From positions 249,542 to 313,541 of the forward strand of contig CAWJIL010000003.1 in the NCBI GenBank assembly GCA_963842925.1: a stretch of 64,000 nucleotides of DNA, given 5' to 3'. The DNA comes from an uncultured delta proteobacterium (GTDB lineage: Bacteria > Desulfobacterota > Desulfobacteria > Desulfobacterales > B30-G6). The position numbers and the translations under genes were made by a program. Below are positions 19,457-29,063 of this stretch, piece after piece (position 1 is the stretch's first letter; each line of letters opens with the position of its first letter). The notes beneath the pieces were generated by a model. It was not told where the DNA came from. It searched no databases and worked only from the letters and a program-made list of their open reading frames with translations.

Positions 19457-21187
19457 CTATCCGGATGTCATTTCCATCTGCCGTTGATAAAGCTGGTTGT
19501 AGAGCCCGCCGCGCCGCATCAATTCCGCGTGATTGCCGACCTCGGCGATCCGTCCGCGATCGAGCACAATGATTTTATCCGCATTGCGAATCGTACTCAG
19601 GCGGTGAGCGATAACCAGAGCGGTGCGACCCTTGAGTACTCTTTCCAGGGCCTTCTGAATCTGGTACTCGGCCTCGGCATCCACGGATGAGGTGGCTTCA
19701 TCCAGAATCAAGATTCGCGGATTGGCCAGAATCGCCCGGGCCAACGCGAGACGCTGTTTTTGCCCGCCGCTCAACTTGACTCCCCGTTCGCCTACTTCGG
19801 TGTCATATCCGTCCGGTAGTTGCATGATAAAATCATGTGCATTGGCGGCCCGGGCAGCTGCGATCAACTCATGCCTGGTGGCGTCCGGCTGGCCGTAGTT
19901 CAGGTTCTCGGCCACAGTATTATTGAAAAGAAATGAGTCCTGCAACACCACCGCCACCTGGCGTCGCAACGACGTTAACTTAATGCTGCGCAGATTGTAA
20001 CCGTCGACAAGGACATGACCTTTGACGGGATCATAAAAGCGGCAGATCAGGTTGGCGATACTGGTTTTGCCGGCTCCACTGGGACCGACAAGAGCTACCA
20101 CTTCGCCCGGTGCCATCGTAAAACTGACGGAATGCAGTACCGGATCGCCGCTGCCGTATTTGAAGTGGACTTGGTCAAAAACCATCTCGCCCTGGATAAT
20201 GGGTAATCCAATCGCATCCGGAGCGTCTTTAACTTCCATCGTTTCATCCAGCAACTCGAAGATGCGTTCACCAGCGGCGATGGCTTCCTGAAATATATTA
20301 TCCACTTCCGTCAGACGATTGATGGGATCATAAATTGAAGCGATATACGCAATAAAGGCCACAAGAGTACCCAGAGACATTTGGTCTTTTACCACCATGA
20401 TAGATCCGACTCCCAGCACAATGACGGTTCCCATTGCCCCGAAAAACCGGATAGCAGGAAAAAAGATGGACCAATAGCGGATACCCTTCACCCGCGCCCG
20501 ATAGTAGCGCTCACTTTCTTTTGAAAAACGCTTATACTCGATGTCTTCACGGGCAAAGGCCTGAATGACCCGAATACCGGAAAGATTATCCTGCAGTTTG
20601 GCATTGATGTTTCCCAGGCGTGCGCGCACCTGTCGATAAACCGGTCGTATTTTGGTGTTATAGTGGCGAAATGCCAGGGCCAGAATCGGCACTGGGATCA
20701 TAACCAGGGCGGCTAATCGCCAATCCAGCACAAAGAGAATGGTTGCGCCGCCGATCAGGCGCATACAGTCAACAGCGGTCAATGCCGAGCCGTGGGTGAC
20801 GAAGCTTTCCAAGGCGCTGAGATCATTGGTGACGCGGGACATCAGCTCTCCGGTTGACGTGCGTTCAAAAAATGATAGAGACATTTTCTGAAGGTAGGCA
20901 TACAAGCGAACCCGCAAATCGAAAATGAATTTTTCTCCCAATGAATGTCGGATATAGTTATCACCAACTTGAACCAGTTGATTCAGCGCGTAGGCGCTTA
21001 TTAAAGCAGTGATGACTATCCCCAGGTAGGACAGATTCCGCGCCGTGATGATTTCATCGATGATCTCTCTTTGAATCAGCGGCGGCACAAGTTCCAGGCA
21101 GGCACGTCCGACCAGCAATAGTGCACTGATGGCGATGGTCTTCCAATAGGGTGAAAGCAGCAAAATCAATCTCTTTAAAACTTCCAC
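19457..21187 (-). CDS. ABC exporter, fused permease/ATPase (MsbA/MdlB-like)
   Basis: An N-terminal six-TM domain, Walker A GPSGAGKTS, signature LSGGQKQR and Walker B ILILDEATS. Confidence 0.92.
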   Translation of the reverse strand: MEVLKRLILLLSPYWKTIAISALLLVGRACLELVPPLIQREIIDEIITARNLSYLGIVITALISAYALNQLVQVGDNYIRHSLGEKFIFDLRVRLYAYLQKMSLSFFERTSTGELMSRVTNDLSALESFVTHGSALTAVDCMRLIGGATILFVLDWRLAALVMIPVPILALAFRHYNTKIRPVYRQVRARLGNINAKLQDNLSGIRVIQAFAREDIEYKRFSKESERYYRARVKGIRYWSIFFPAIRFFGAMGTVIVLGVGSIMVVKDQMSLGTLVAFIAYIASIYDPINRLTEVDNIFQEAIAAGERIFELLDETMEVKDAPDAIGLPIIQGEMVFDQVHFKYGSGDPVLHSVSFTMAPGEVVALVGPSGAGKTSIANLICRFYDPVKGHVLVDGYNLRSIKLTSLRRQVAVVLQDSFLFNNTVAENLNYGQPDATRHELIAAARAANAHDFIMQLPDGYDTEVGERGVKLSGGQKQRLALARAILANPRILILDEATSSVDAEAEYQIQKALERVLKGRTALVIAHRLSTIRNADKIIVLDRGRIAEVGNHAELMRRGGLYNQLYQRQMEMTSG

Positions 21188-21247
21188 TTGAAACTCCCGT
21201 TTTCTAATATAGCTTTGCTATGGTAGTCTTTGCTGGAGGCAGATGCA

Positions 21248-22198
21248 TCATGAAGCAAGATTCAACAAGGGATCGCCCTTTTTAAGCCTCTGAACATTTT
21301 CTGCTACGCCCTGCCCCAAGGCGTCAAAAGATTGCCGTGTGATGCCGGCCGTATGAGGTGTTACAATGACTTTTTCGTGGTTGACCAAGGGGTGATTCGA
21401 ACCAGGCGGTTCTTGGTTGAGCACATCCAGACCGGCTCCAGCAATTTGGCCTTCATTGAGAGCCACTAGCAAATCTTTTTCATTTACGATAGGACCACGG
21501 CTGATATTGATCACGTATGCAGTCGGTTTCATACGTTCAAAAACGATGTGATTCAAAAGTCCTCGAGTGTTGGGGGTCAGGGTAACCGTTGAAATAACGA
21601 AGTCAGCCTCGTGAAGTAAATCGTTCATCTTAGATGGGTCGAACAAGCTTTCCAAACCTAGCTTTTCGGCTGTTTCAGACAATGCGACAACATCAGTAGC
21701 CACCACCCGCATCCCTAAGGCCACCAGGCGTTTTGCCAGGGCCTGACCCACAGCACCCAGACCGACAATCAGAGCCGAACGATCGATGAGCGCTATTCCG
21801 GAAGGACGTCCCCACTCGCCACGAGCTAAAGTCTGCTGGCAGGAATTATACTGACGAGCGCAAGCCATCATTAAAAAAACGCCCCCTTCGGCTGTACACT
21901 CAGCATGCACAGGCGCCTGGTCTCCAGGCACATTTGCTACAGGTATCCCCCTGGCAGAAGCGGCTTCCAGGTCGACCCCTTCAAGCCCCACTCCGAATTG
22001 TTGAATTAGTTTCAGCTCCGGGGCGGATTGGATAATCTCCGCAGTGATAGGCGTCATGGCGGGAATCAACACTTCGGCCCAGGGCGCCTGAGAAGGTACC
22101 TCTTTCTGCAGACACACACGCACCTCATCTTCAGGCAGTAGTCTGATGACGGTTTCTATCATGGCAGGAAACATGTTGGCACATAACAATATTTTCAA
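21248..22198 (-). CDS. D-isomer-specific 2-hydroxyacid dehydrogenase family protein
   Basis: NAD fold GLGAVGQALAKRL and a catalytic-region pattern (..NISRG.., ..TPHTAG..). Confidence 0.88.
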   Translation of the reverse strand: MKILLCANMFPAMIETVIRLLPEDEVRVCLQKEVPSQAPWAEVLIPAMTPITAEIIQSAPELKLIQQFGVGLEGVDLEAASARGIPVANVPGDQAPVHAECTAEGGVFLMMACARQYNSCQQTLARGEWGRPSGIALIDRSALIVGLGAVGQALAKRLVALGMRVVATDVVALSETAEKLGLESLFDPSKMNDLLHEADFVISTVTLTPNTRGLLNHIVFERMKPTAYVINISRGPIVNEKDLLVALNEGQIAGAGLDVLNQEPPGSNHPLVNHEKVIVTPHTAGITRQSFDALGQGVAENVQRLKKGDPLLNLAS

Positions 22199-22351
22199 AA
22201 TACCCCTCCATGGAATACACGTCTAAACCGATTTCAGGCGCTGGTCAGTATGGGAATTCTAAGGTTATTATTTTGGAGGAGTTTAAAATTTGTATTTAGA
22301 AGACGCAAGTATTTTATGAGTTAACATGTAAAGCTAATTGATAAGGGTTTC

Positions 22352-22810
22352 TTAGCTTTCAAGATAAAACAATTCTTTTGTGTTTTCATCTGCTGGAAAA
22401 AGGGACTCTAGACGGAGTTCCTGGGTGGTTAAGTCAAGCGGTGTACCCAGCGTGGTGATCGTAGTAAAGAAGCTGGCTTTTATGGCGTCCTTTTTAAAGG
22501 TCAAACTCATTATCGGCAGATTATCATCAGTTTGAAAATCCACTTGGTTCTCACTGGATCGCGGCCGTGAAACTTCCTTATATAATGAAAATAACTCGCT
22601 GTTTTGAGTCGACGCAGCCTCGTCCAACCGTCGATTAAGCATAAATTGTTCCATTCTCGGCCAATCTTTAATGTACGGCCGCAAGCCATCTTCGGCAAAC
22701 GTCAGACGATACACGTTGTCGTACTTCTTTAGCGCATGTTCCCCCACGAGGGATTTGATCATTCGCTCATAGCCGGGATTGGTCATCAATATATTTTGAA
22801 GGGAGAACAA
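22352..22810 (-). CDS. Hypothetical protein (start uncertain: TTG at 22810 or ATG at 22786)
   Basis: The ORF is intact and not low-complexity, but no family was recognised. Confidence 0.45.
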   Translation of the reverse strand: MFSLQNILMTNPGYERMIKSLVGEHALKKYDNVYRLTFAEDGLRPYIKDWPRMEQFMLNRRLDEAASTQNSELFSLYKEVSRPRSSENQVDFQTDDNLPIMSLTFKKDAIKASFFTTITTLGTPLDLTTQELRLESLFPADENTKELFYLES

Positions 22811-22812
22811 TT

Positions 22813-23157
22813 ATGAGTGCGTTTCGAGTTTTGTTGGCCATTTTCATTATTGGCATCATCGGCTTTACAAGTATTGTGATTTTTAATCATGGCTGGAACC
22901 TGCTACCCATCTTTTTTGGTGATATGGTGGCCATGACCTGGCCCGGCCAGTTCAATTTTGATTTTTTGTGCTTCCTTATACTTTCCGGACTATGGCTTGC
23001 TTGGCGTCACCATTTCTCCCCAGGTGGACTTGCCTTAGGTTTGCTGGGGCTTTTTGGTGGGATAATGTTTCTCGCCCCATACCTCATTATTGCGAGTTTC
23101 AAATCAAATGGAGACATGAAAATACTATTTTTAGGAAGGGTCAGGGCAAATAGCTAA
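22813..23157 (+). CDS. Small integral membrane protein (3-4 TM)
   Basis: gggag RBS. Hydrophobic segments include LLAIFIIGIIGFTSIVIF and LCFLILSGLWLAW. Confidence 0.55.
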   Translation: MSAFRVLLAIFIIGIIGFTSIVIFNHGWNLLPIFFGDMVAMTWPGQFNFDFLCFLILSGLWLAWRHHFSPGGLALGLLGLFGGIMFLAPYLIIASFKSNGDMKILFLGRVRANS

Positions 23158-23353
23158 TGCCTGTTTTGTAATGATATGAAAAGGGACCTTTGTCGGGCCC
23201 CTCATTTCCAGGGACTAATAGCCGTATTGTTCACTTTTGAATACCGGAAAAAGCTGAAGAATATTTGCTGTGGTGCTTTCAGTCTCTTGGTCAATTGGAC
23301 AGGTAGCGGCAAATCTAATAGATGATAGTGGAACAGTAGGTTCAAGTACCGAT

Positions 23354-23668
23354 TCAAAGCTCGGGATGCAGAACATGATCGGGTATTGGCCTGACGCTTT
23401 TCCAAGCACTAGAGTCTTTTTCAGCATTCCATAGATCATAATTGTTCTGCAGATTGAGCCACAAATCCGGTGTTGTCCCAAAGGCGCGGGAAAGCCTCAG
23501 CGCCATTTCAGGTGAGATACCGCCATTCCCATTCAATATTTTCGATAAAGTTTTCCGGGATACTCCAAGCATTGCGGCCATGTCCGTTATAGTAATTTCC
23601 AATGGTACCAGATAATCTTCCCTCAAAATTGTGCCGGGGTGGGTGGGTTGTCTTTTCATTTTCTTCAT
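23354..23668 (-). CDS. higA: HigA-family antitoxin (XRE-type HTH)
   Basis: HPGTILREDYL...ITITDMAAMLGVSRKTLSKILNG...ISPEMALRLSRAFGTTPDLWLNLQ is the classic HigA/VapA-type antidote pattern. It lies 13 nt downstream of higB. Confidence 0.88.
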   Translation of the reverse strand: MKKMKRQPTHPGTILREDYLVPLEITITDMAAMLGVSRKTLSKILNGNGGISPEMALRLSRAFGTTPDLWLNLQNNYDLWNAEKDSSAWKSVRPIPDHVLHPEL

Positions 23669-23681
23669 ATTATCTTACCTT

Positions 23682-23960
23682 TCAATGATAATCGCCATAA
23701 TTGACGACATATGCGTTGCCATCTACGAATTCGAAGAATATGCGCCAGTTCCCGGACACACGAACTGAATATTGTCCATCTAAATTCCCAGATAGCTTAT
23801 GGAGGTAAGCGCCTGGATAGTTCATATCAATAATGTCACTGGCAGCATTCAAACGATCAAGAATCCTTTCGATTTTTCCAGCGTGTTCCGGTCGAATTCC
23901 CTTTTTTGTCCCGTTGCAAAAAAAGGATTCGAGTCCTTTGTGTTTGAAGCTTTTTATCAT
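23682..23960 (-). CDS. higB: HigB-family toxin (RelE/ParE superfamily, plasmid-maintenance killer protein)
   Basis: MIKSFKHKGLE.FF..G...GI.P.HA.K....LD.L........M..PG..LH.L.G...G.YS.RVSGNWRI.F.F. The toxin-first gene order is typical of higBA. Confidence 0.88.
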   Translation of the reverse strand: MIKSFKHKGLESFFCNGTKKGIRPEHAGKIERILDRLNAASDIIDMNYPGAYLHKLSGNLDGQYSVRVSGNWRIFFEFVDGNAYVVNYGDYH

Positions 23961-23969
23961 AGGCTTGTA

Positions 23970-23990
23970 TTGTAACCCATAAGGTTACAA
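23970..23990. promoter_or_regulatory. Candidate HigA operator palindrome
   Basis: TTGTAACC-cataa-GGTTACAA is a perfect 8-bp inverted repeat 10-30 nt upstream of the higB start. Confidence 0.4.
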
Positions 23991-24515
23991 ATGTCAATGG
24001 ATAGTTGTCAATAGGGAGCGAGTAAAACAGAGGCTGAATTGTGGAGCTGAATCATACTTGCCATAGTCAATTTCCCAAATGCTTTTTCAAAGATTTGAAA
24101 CGGCAATATCAATGTTGATAGGACCGAGGCCGATAAAGATTACAGCAAATTCTGAGAATACTACCAAGTTTGGGCTCTATGATTGAACTTCAAAATCCGT
24201 TAATATCTGACGGGAATGATCAAGTCATTACTGTTTTAGGACCTGCATGGTAAAAAGACGCCTTTATTAAGTTTACATATCTGTAATAATCCTGGTCTGC
24301 AAAAATCTTTGGTAGCTCCAACAAAAACAAGAGAAATATTTGAGTTGGCCTATAATCAAATCGCTTCACCGGATCCATAGAGATGGGCGGCTACCGGTCA
24401 AAGTGAGCTTGGCATTACCTATTCTCCAACACTTCAGCATAATTTGCCCTATCGAAATAGCTATGATTTTTTTCAATATCAGAGTTTCAATTCTATCTAT
24501 CTATTTAGTTTTAGT

Positions 24516-24544
24516 TTGACATCCAGCATTACAAAGTGTTATAT
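24516..24544 (+). promoter_or_regulatory. Candidate sigma-70-type promoter
   Basis: TTGACA, a 17-nt spacer, then TTATAT, in the A+T-rich spacer upstream of the 24790 ORF. Confidence 0.25.
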
Positions 24545-24789
24545 ATTAATTTTATTTATTTTTCTAATGGGATCCACATCGGCTCAACTTAGGCTTACCA
24601 CACCTCTCCTCGCCATTTTTCAGGATCCTCAAAGCTCCAATCAACACCAGTTCCTGTCTATTTATGCGCTTTTTAAAATATCAGCACAGGTGCTTTTTCG
24701 TAAACAACAGTTTTAATACGCATTCGATTAGAATGCAGAATATTGGATGACCATCTGACAATGAAACTTAACACCCTGGAGGTGACACA

Positions 24790-25107
24790 ATGAATGACAA
24801 TCAATCGACAGAAGAACTTTGGCTAACTGCCCGGCTAAATACATTCCATAACCAGGTGAGAGATGGGGACACCAGTGAATTTGATGCACATAACATGCTT
24901 GAATGGCTTAGAGAAAACTATATGGATGATTTGATGGCATACCAAGAATCGACGGCCATTCAAGATGATAAGGTTCTGCACAACAGGGTTGCAAAAATGA
25001 TGGACGAACTTGTCCTTCGGAAAAATGATTTCACCAAGAGTAAGGATAAGGCGAAAGATATGGATATTGGTGGCGTGACGTCACCCAAAACCATTTGGAG
25101 GAAATAA
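24790..25107 (+). CDS. Hypothetical acidic 105-aa protein
   Basis: ggaggtg RBS 6 nt upstream of the ATG. No family was recognised. Confidence 0.5.
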   Translation: MNDNQSTEELWLTARLNTFHNQVRDGDTSEFDAHNMLEWLRENYMDDLMAYQESTAIQDDKVLHNRVAKMMDELVLRKNDFTKSKDKAKDMDIGGVTSPKTIWRK

Positions 25108-25210
25108 GATCAACGAAATCGAGTCGCTATGAGGAATGTTCTGTTGCAGCCAGAAAACACGGGGAATGCTCTCGCAGTTGCGGTTCAGGCATAGGCCAGG
25201 ACACATAAAA

Positions 25211-25906
25211 TTATATGGTCAGGGCATATTCCACGGCTGCTTCAGCATGGATAACGGTGGTGTCAAACAAGGGAATTGGGCTGTCCGACTGCTTAATCAG
25301 CAAGCCGATCTCCGTACATCCCAGAATCACGCCTTCTGCGCCGGCTGCCTCCAGACGTTTGATGACCGAAATGTATTTTTCCCTCGAAGAATCCTGGATC
25401 AAACCCAGACACAACTCCTCAAAGATGACATGGTGAATCATATCCATGTCCGTCTCGCCTGGCGTCAACACTTCCAGCCCATGGCCCTGAACCAGCTTTC
25501 CCTTATAGAAATCCTCCTGCATGGTAAACCGTGTTCCCAACAATGCAATATTCCGGATGCCCCGGGACAGGACGCTCTTGGCTGTGGGATCGGCAATGTG
25601 CAGCAGTGGAATACTGATCTGCTGCTGGACAACAGGCGCAACCTTATGCATGGTGTTTGTGCATATCAGCAGAAAATCAGCCCCGCCCTTCTGTAGTGCA
25701 CTCGCGGCTTCGCCCAGGAGTCTGCCGGCCTCATCCCATAAACCCTGGTGTTGAAGGGTTTCGATTTCCTGAAAGTCCACTGAGTACAACAGGCATTTGG
25801 CGGAATGCAATCCGCCCAGACGTTCCTTAACCCGTTGATTGATGATGCGATAGTACTCCAGAGACGATTCCCAGCTCATGCCGCCCAGCAGACCAATGGT
25901 TTTCAT
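25211..25906 (-). CDS. Aspartate/glutamate racemase family protein (aspartate racemase-like)
   Basis: IGLLGGMSWESS and the two catalytic-Cys regions (LLICTNTMH, ILGCTEI). Confidence 0.88.
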   Translation of the reverse strand: MKTIGLLGGMSWESSLEYYRIINQRVKERLGGLHSAKCLLYSVDFQEIETLQHQGLWDEAGRLLGEAASALQKGGADFLLICTNTMHKVAPVVQQQISIPLLHIADPTAKSVLSRGIRNIALLGTRFTMQEDFYKGKLVQGHGLEVLTPGETDMDMIHHVIFEELCLGLIQDSSREKYISVIKRLEAAGAEGVILGCTEIGLLIKQSDSPIPLFDTTVIHAEAAVEYALTI

Positions 25907-25920
25907 GAGTATTGCTCCGT

Positions 25921-26030
25921 TTTAGCTGTAAGTTGTAAGCCCTAAGCTATAAGCAGCTTACCGCTTATAGCTTAGGGCTTATTGCTCATTCCTATCCCAA
26001 AACTTAAACCTAAAACAATGTCATCCTTTG
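25921..26030. repeat. REP-like hairpin module plus an aaacttaaacctaaaac module
   Basis: gccctaagctataagc (25939-25954) and gcttatagcttagggc (25963-25978) form a perfect 16-bp stem. Confidence 0.8.
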
Positions 26031-26040
26031 AACCCAAAAA

Positions 26041-26949
26041 TCACTTCTCGTAAATCATCGTTCTGCTGAAAAAAATGACTATGTTTTTGGTAAACAGATA
26101 AAGTACCACGAAAAAAGTTAAGGGAAAAATAATGCAGTCAAAAACGTACCCGGCAATGAGCTTCAAGGTCAGAACTGCCATGTGGTGGGTCCTTTCTTTG
26201 AAAAAACTGCCGATGTATTGAATGCGATCTCTTGTGTTCTCATATTTTGCCTTAAAATCAAAACCAGGAAACAACGACCCTTCCTTGACATCCTCCGGAA
26301 AAAATCCCTTGTTCATATATCCAGGTGAAAACTCTTTGTGGATATCTTCAAAGCCTGCCTGGGTCTCTTCAATCATCGGCTGGGTAATTTTTTTTGATAA
26401 ATATGAAGCACCGGTAATGGAGATGGGAAGGATCACATACAAGATCACGGTCAGGACAACCAGAAAAAGGGTCGTTTCCCGAAAAATTCGTGTCGTCCGT
26501 AGACACCCTGCCAAAAACCAGTGAAAAATCAGATAAATGAGGACTCCCAGCAGCATCAATGCCAGACACCAGTGATCGATTAAAGCCACGGCCTCCAGAC
26601 ACAAACGGGTCATCAGCAGAACTGTGCCCCCGGCCAATGCTGTTTTCCAGGCCACGTCCACATAATCGTAAACCGCTTGCACGATATCACCGATTTCCAG
26701 ATTGAACCCGATGCCCACCTCAGAGCCTTCAATGATGGCCAGTCCGCTCTTGATGCCGGACAAGATCAGGAAGCCGGATAGACTCCGGTCAAAGGCGTCA
26801 TCCAAATAGGCCAGGTTGACCTCTGAAATTTTTCCCATACCGACACCGTCCATAAGAAGGTCTGTATGTCCGGCAGCCGCCAGAATACCAGCGCCCAAAA
26901 TGACAACCAGCAGCAGAATTTTTTTGGCATATTGCTTTGTCATTTGCAT
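26041..26949 (-). CDS. Hypothetical polytopic membrane protein (302 aa)
   Basis: Multiple hydrophobic helices. No family was recognised. Confidence 0.5.
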   Translation of the reverse strand: MQMTKQYAKKILLLVVILGAGILAAAGHTDLLMDGVGMGKISEVNLAYLDDAFDRSLSGFLILSGIKSGLAIIEGSEVGIGFNLEIGDIVQAVYDYVDVAWKTALAGGTVLLMTRLCLEAVALIDHWCLALMLLGVLIYLIFHWFLAGCLRTTRIFRETTLFLVVLTVILYVILPISITGASYLSKKITQPMIEETQAGFEDIHKEFSPGYMNKGFFPEDVKEGSLFPGFDFKAKYENTRDRIQYIGSFFKERTHHMAVLTLKLIAGYVFDCIIFPLTFFVVLYLFTKNIVIFFSRTMIYEK

Positions 26950-27283
26950 ATCAATTTTGCGGGTTCTTTACGATCATATATAATAGCGGTATCTCGGTCT
27001 CTTGTCAAAATCATATCGCAATAAAATCGTATCTTAATTTTTTGGCACTGGTGTTCTTTAAGAACGCTTATTTGCAAGTTAGAGCGGTTGTTTGACGTTA
27101 TTTGCCGAAGCAGTTTCGGAACGTTATTCTGGCAAACGCTAAAGATCTCGCTGTCGCGGTTCAAATCCTCGACAGAGGACATCCCTTCTGGTATGATAGA
27201 TGTTCCGTTTTATTCCTCGCAATATCAGAAAAACGCAACTTGCATCACCCTATTTCAGGAAATGCTTGCATTAGGGGTCAGCC

Positions 27284-28135
27284 ATGTTTTCTGTTCACCC
27301 AGGTGCAACACATATCATTTTGAAGATAGTTCTCTGGTTTCTCGTGCTCTATGCAGGATACTGCCTGCTTCTTTTTCTGGCCCAAAGACACATGCTGTTT
27401 CCCCGAAGCATGATGCCACCCTTATCCGGGGAGGAACGTCAGAAAAACCCTTCCCTGGAAACCCTATGGATTCAAACCAGTTTTGGAAAAATAGAGGCGT
27501 GGTATATACCGCCTGCAAGACGATCTGAAAATCAGCCTGTTCCCCTGGTCATCTTTGCCCACGGGAATGCAGAAACCATCGATTTCTGTGCCCAGGAAAT
27601 GTCTCAGTTTTCGCTTTGGGGTATTGGAACCCTGCTGGTGGAATTTCCAGGTTATGGTCGATCCGAAGGAAAGCCTTCCCAGGCAAGCATCACAGAGGCA
27701 TTTATAAACGCTTATGATTTGATGGCCCTTCGGAAAGATATTGATGCGTCAAAAATCATTCTGTACGGACGTTCCATGGGTGGCGGTGCCATCTGCTCTT
27801 TGTCAAAACATCGTCCGGCTGCAGCATTAATCTTGATGTCCACTTTCACGAGTGTCCGTTCGTTTTCCTCAAGATATCTTGTTCCCGCTTTTCTTGTACG
27901 AGACCCCTTTGACAACATAGATGCCGTACGCACTTTTCCGGGCCCGGTGTTAATCATTCACGGAAAACATGACGAGATCATTCCCATTAACCACGGAAAG
28001 TCTCTTTACCAAGTGTCCCCGAACGCCCGGTTCCTCTCCTATGCATGTGGTCATAACGATTGCCCGCCGGATTGGCCCCGGTTCTGGGAAGATGTGAAAG
28101 GATTTATAGCGGATGCCGGTCTGATCAACGGATAG
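27284..28135 (+). CDS. Alpha/beta hydrolase with N-terminal membrane anchor
   Basis: HGNAE, nucleophile elbow GRSMGG, and a C-terminal GHND histidine region. Confidence 0.8.
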   Translation: MFSVHPGATHIILKIVLWFLVLYAGYCLLLFLAQRHMLFPRSMMPPLSGEERQKNPSLETLWIQTSFGKIEAWYIPPARRSENQPVPLVIFAHGNAETIDFCAQEMSQFSLWGIGTLLVEFPGYGRSEGKPSQASITEAFINAYDLMALRKDIDASKIILYGRSMGGGAICSLSKHRPAAALILMSTFTSVRSFSSRYLVPAFLVRDPFDNIDAVRTFPGPVLIIHGKHDEIIPINHGKSLYQVSPNARFLSYACGHNDCPPDWPRFWEDVKGFIADAGLING

Positions 28136-28140
28136 GCTTT

Positions 28141-28377
28141 TAGGCGTTTAGACTGAAGGCTGTTAGGTGACCATTGCCCTGTGGGCGAAATTTAGTCTTT
28201 GACTGTCATTTGTCCTAACGGACGACATTCGCGCTTCGCGCGTCATTTATTGTTGCTACTAGCGATGAGCCACTTATAGCTTAACGCTTATGGCTTACCG
28301 CTCAATTGCTGTCAGCTACCCTAAAACCTAACACCTAATACCTAAAACTTAAAACGGTTTGGTTTCCCCTCGAACCC
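28141..28377. repeat. Mosaic repeat locus, the shorter inverted partner of 15612-16030
   Basis: See 15612-16030. It ends with aacacctaatacctaaaacttaaaacggtttggtttcccctcgaaccc, which matches the reverse complement of 15620-15670. Confidence 0.85.
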
Positions 28378-28382
28378 TATTA

Positions 28383-29051
28383 TTATTTCGCTATCATCGC
28401 CCGCATCATGTCACCTGCATTTTCAGCATGATCAGCAATGGCACCGATAATTTCGGCCAGTCTGACAATATAAAAAATGGTAGTGGGATCGACCTCCATA
28501 TTGAATACTTTGGTCTTTATGGTGTGTTCTACACGGTCAGCTTCCCTTTCTTGAAGACGCAGCGTCCGGATGATGTCTTTGACAATAATGCGTTGTTTCT
28601 CTTTAAAACTATTAAAGTATTTCCTGGCTTCCGTCACCATGCTGCTCAATTCATCAATGGGGTCTACCACCGTGTCCACCAGGTGAAAAATGTCTTGCTG
28701 CAGATCCATGGGAATCTTTTCATCAGGTCTGAGGGCAAGCCAGTTCAGGGCATCTTCCACAGAATCCATTACACTGTCCTGTTCCCGTAAATATCGAAAC
28801 AGCTGGAACTTATCCACGGGCATAAGTGTTCCTTTTGGAAGATGTCCCCGAATTCTCCGCTTGATGGTATCGGCCTCTCTTTCCATCTCGATAATGTCTC
28901 CCCGCAGGGAGTCAAAACGGGAACATTTATAAGAAATATGGCATTCCACTGCTTCCTGGAACGACCATGCACAGTCTTTCACAACCTCGGCATGCTCCTG
29001 CAAACCCTCAAACGGTGATGTCATGAACATGGACAAGAAAGGTAATCTCAT
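28383..29051 (-). CDS. DUF47 / PhoU-like phosphate-transport regulator (TIGR00153-type)
   Basis: A 222-aa helical protein immediately downstream of a PiT transporter, which is the conserved pairing. Confidence 0.85.
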   Translation of the reverse strand: MRLPFLSMFMTSPFEGLQEHAEVVKDCAWSFQEAVECHISYKCSRFDSLRGDIIEMEREADTIKRRIRGHLPKGTLMPVDKFQLFRYLREQDSVMDSVEDALNWLALRPDEKIPMDLQQDIFHLVDTVVDPIDELSSMVTEARKYFNSFKEKQRIIVKDIIRTLRLQEREADRVEHTIKTKVFNMEVDPTTIFYIVRLAEIIGAIADHAENAGDMMRAMIAK

Positions 29052-29063
29052 GGCCCTTCTCCT

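Noticed and set aside
24444-24716. 90-aa ORF in the A+T-rich gap.
   Set aside because: It is low-complexity (Ser/Phe/Leu/Ile-rich), as expected from translating A+T-rich DNA, and it has no RBS.
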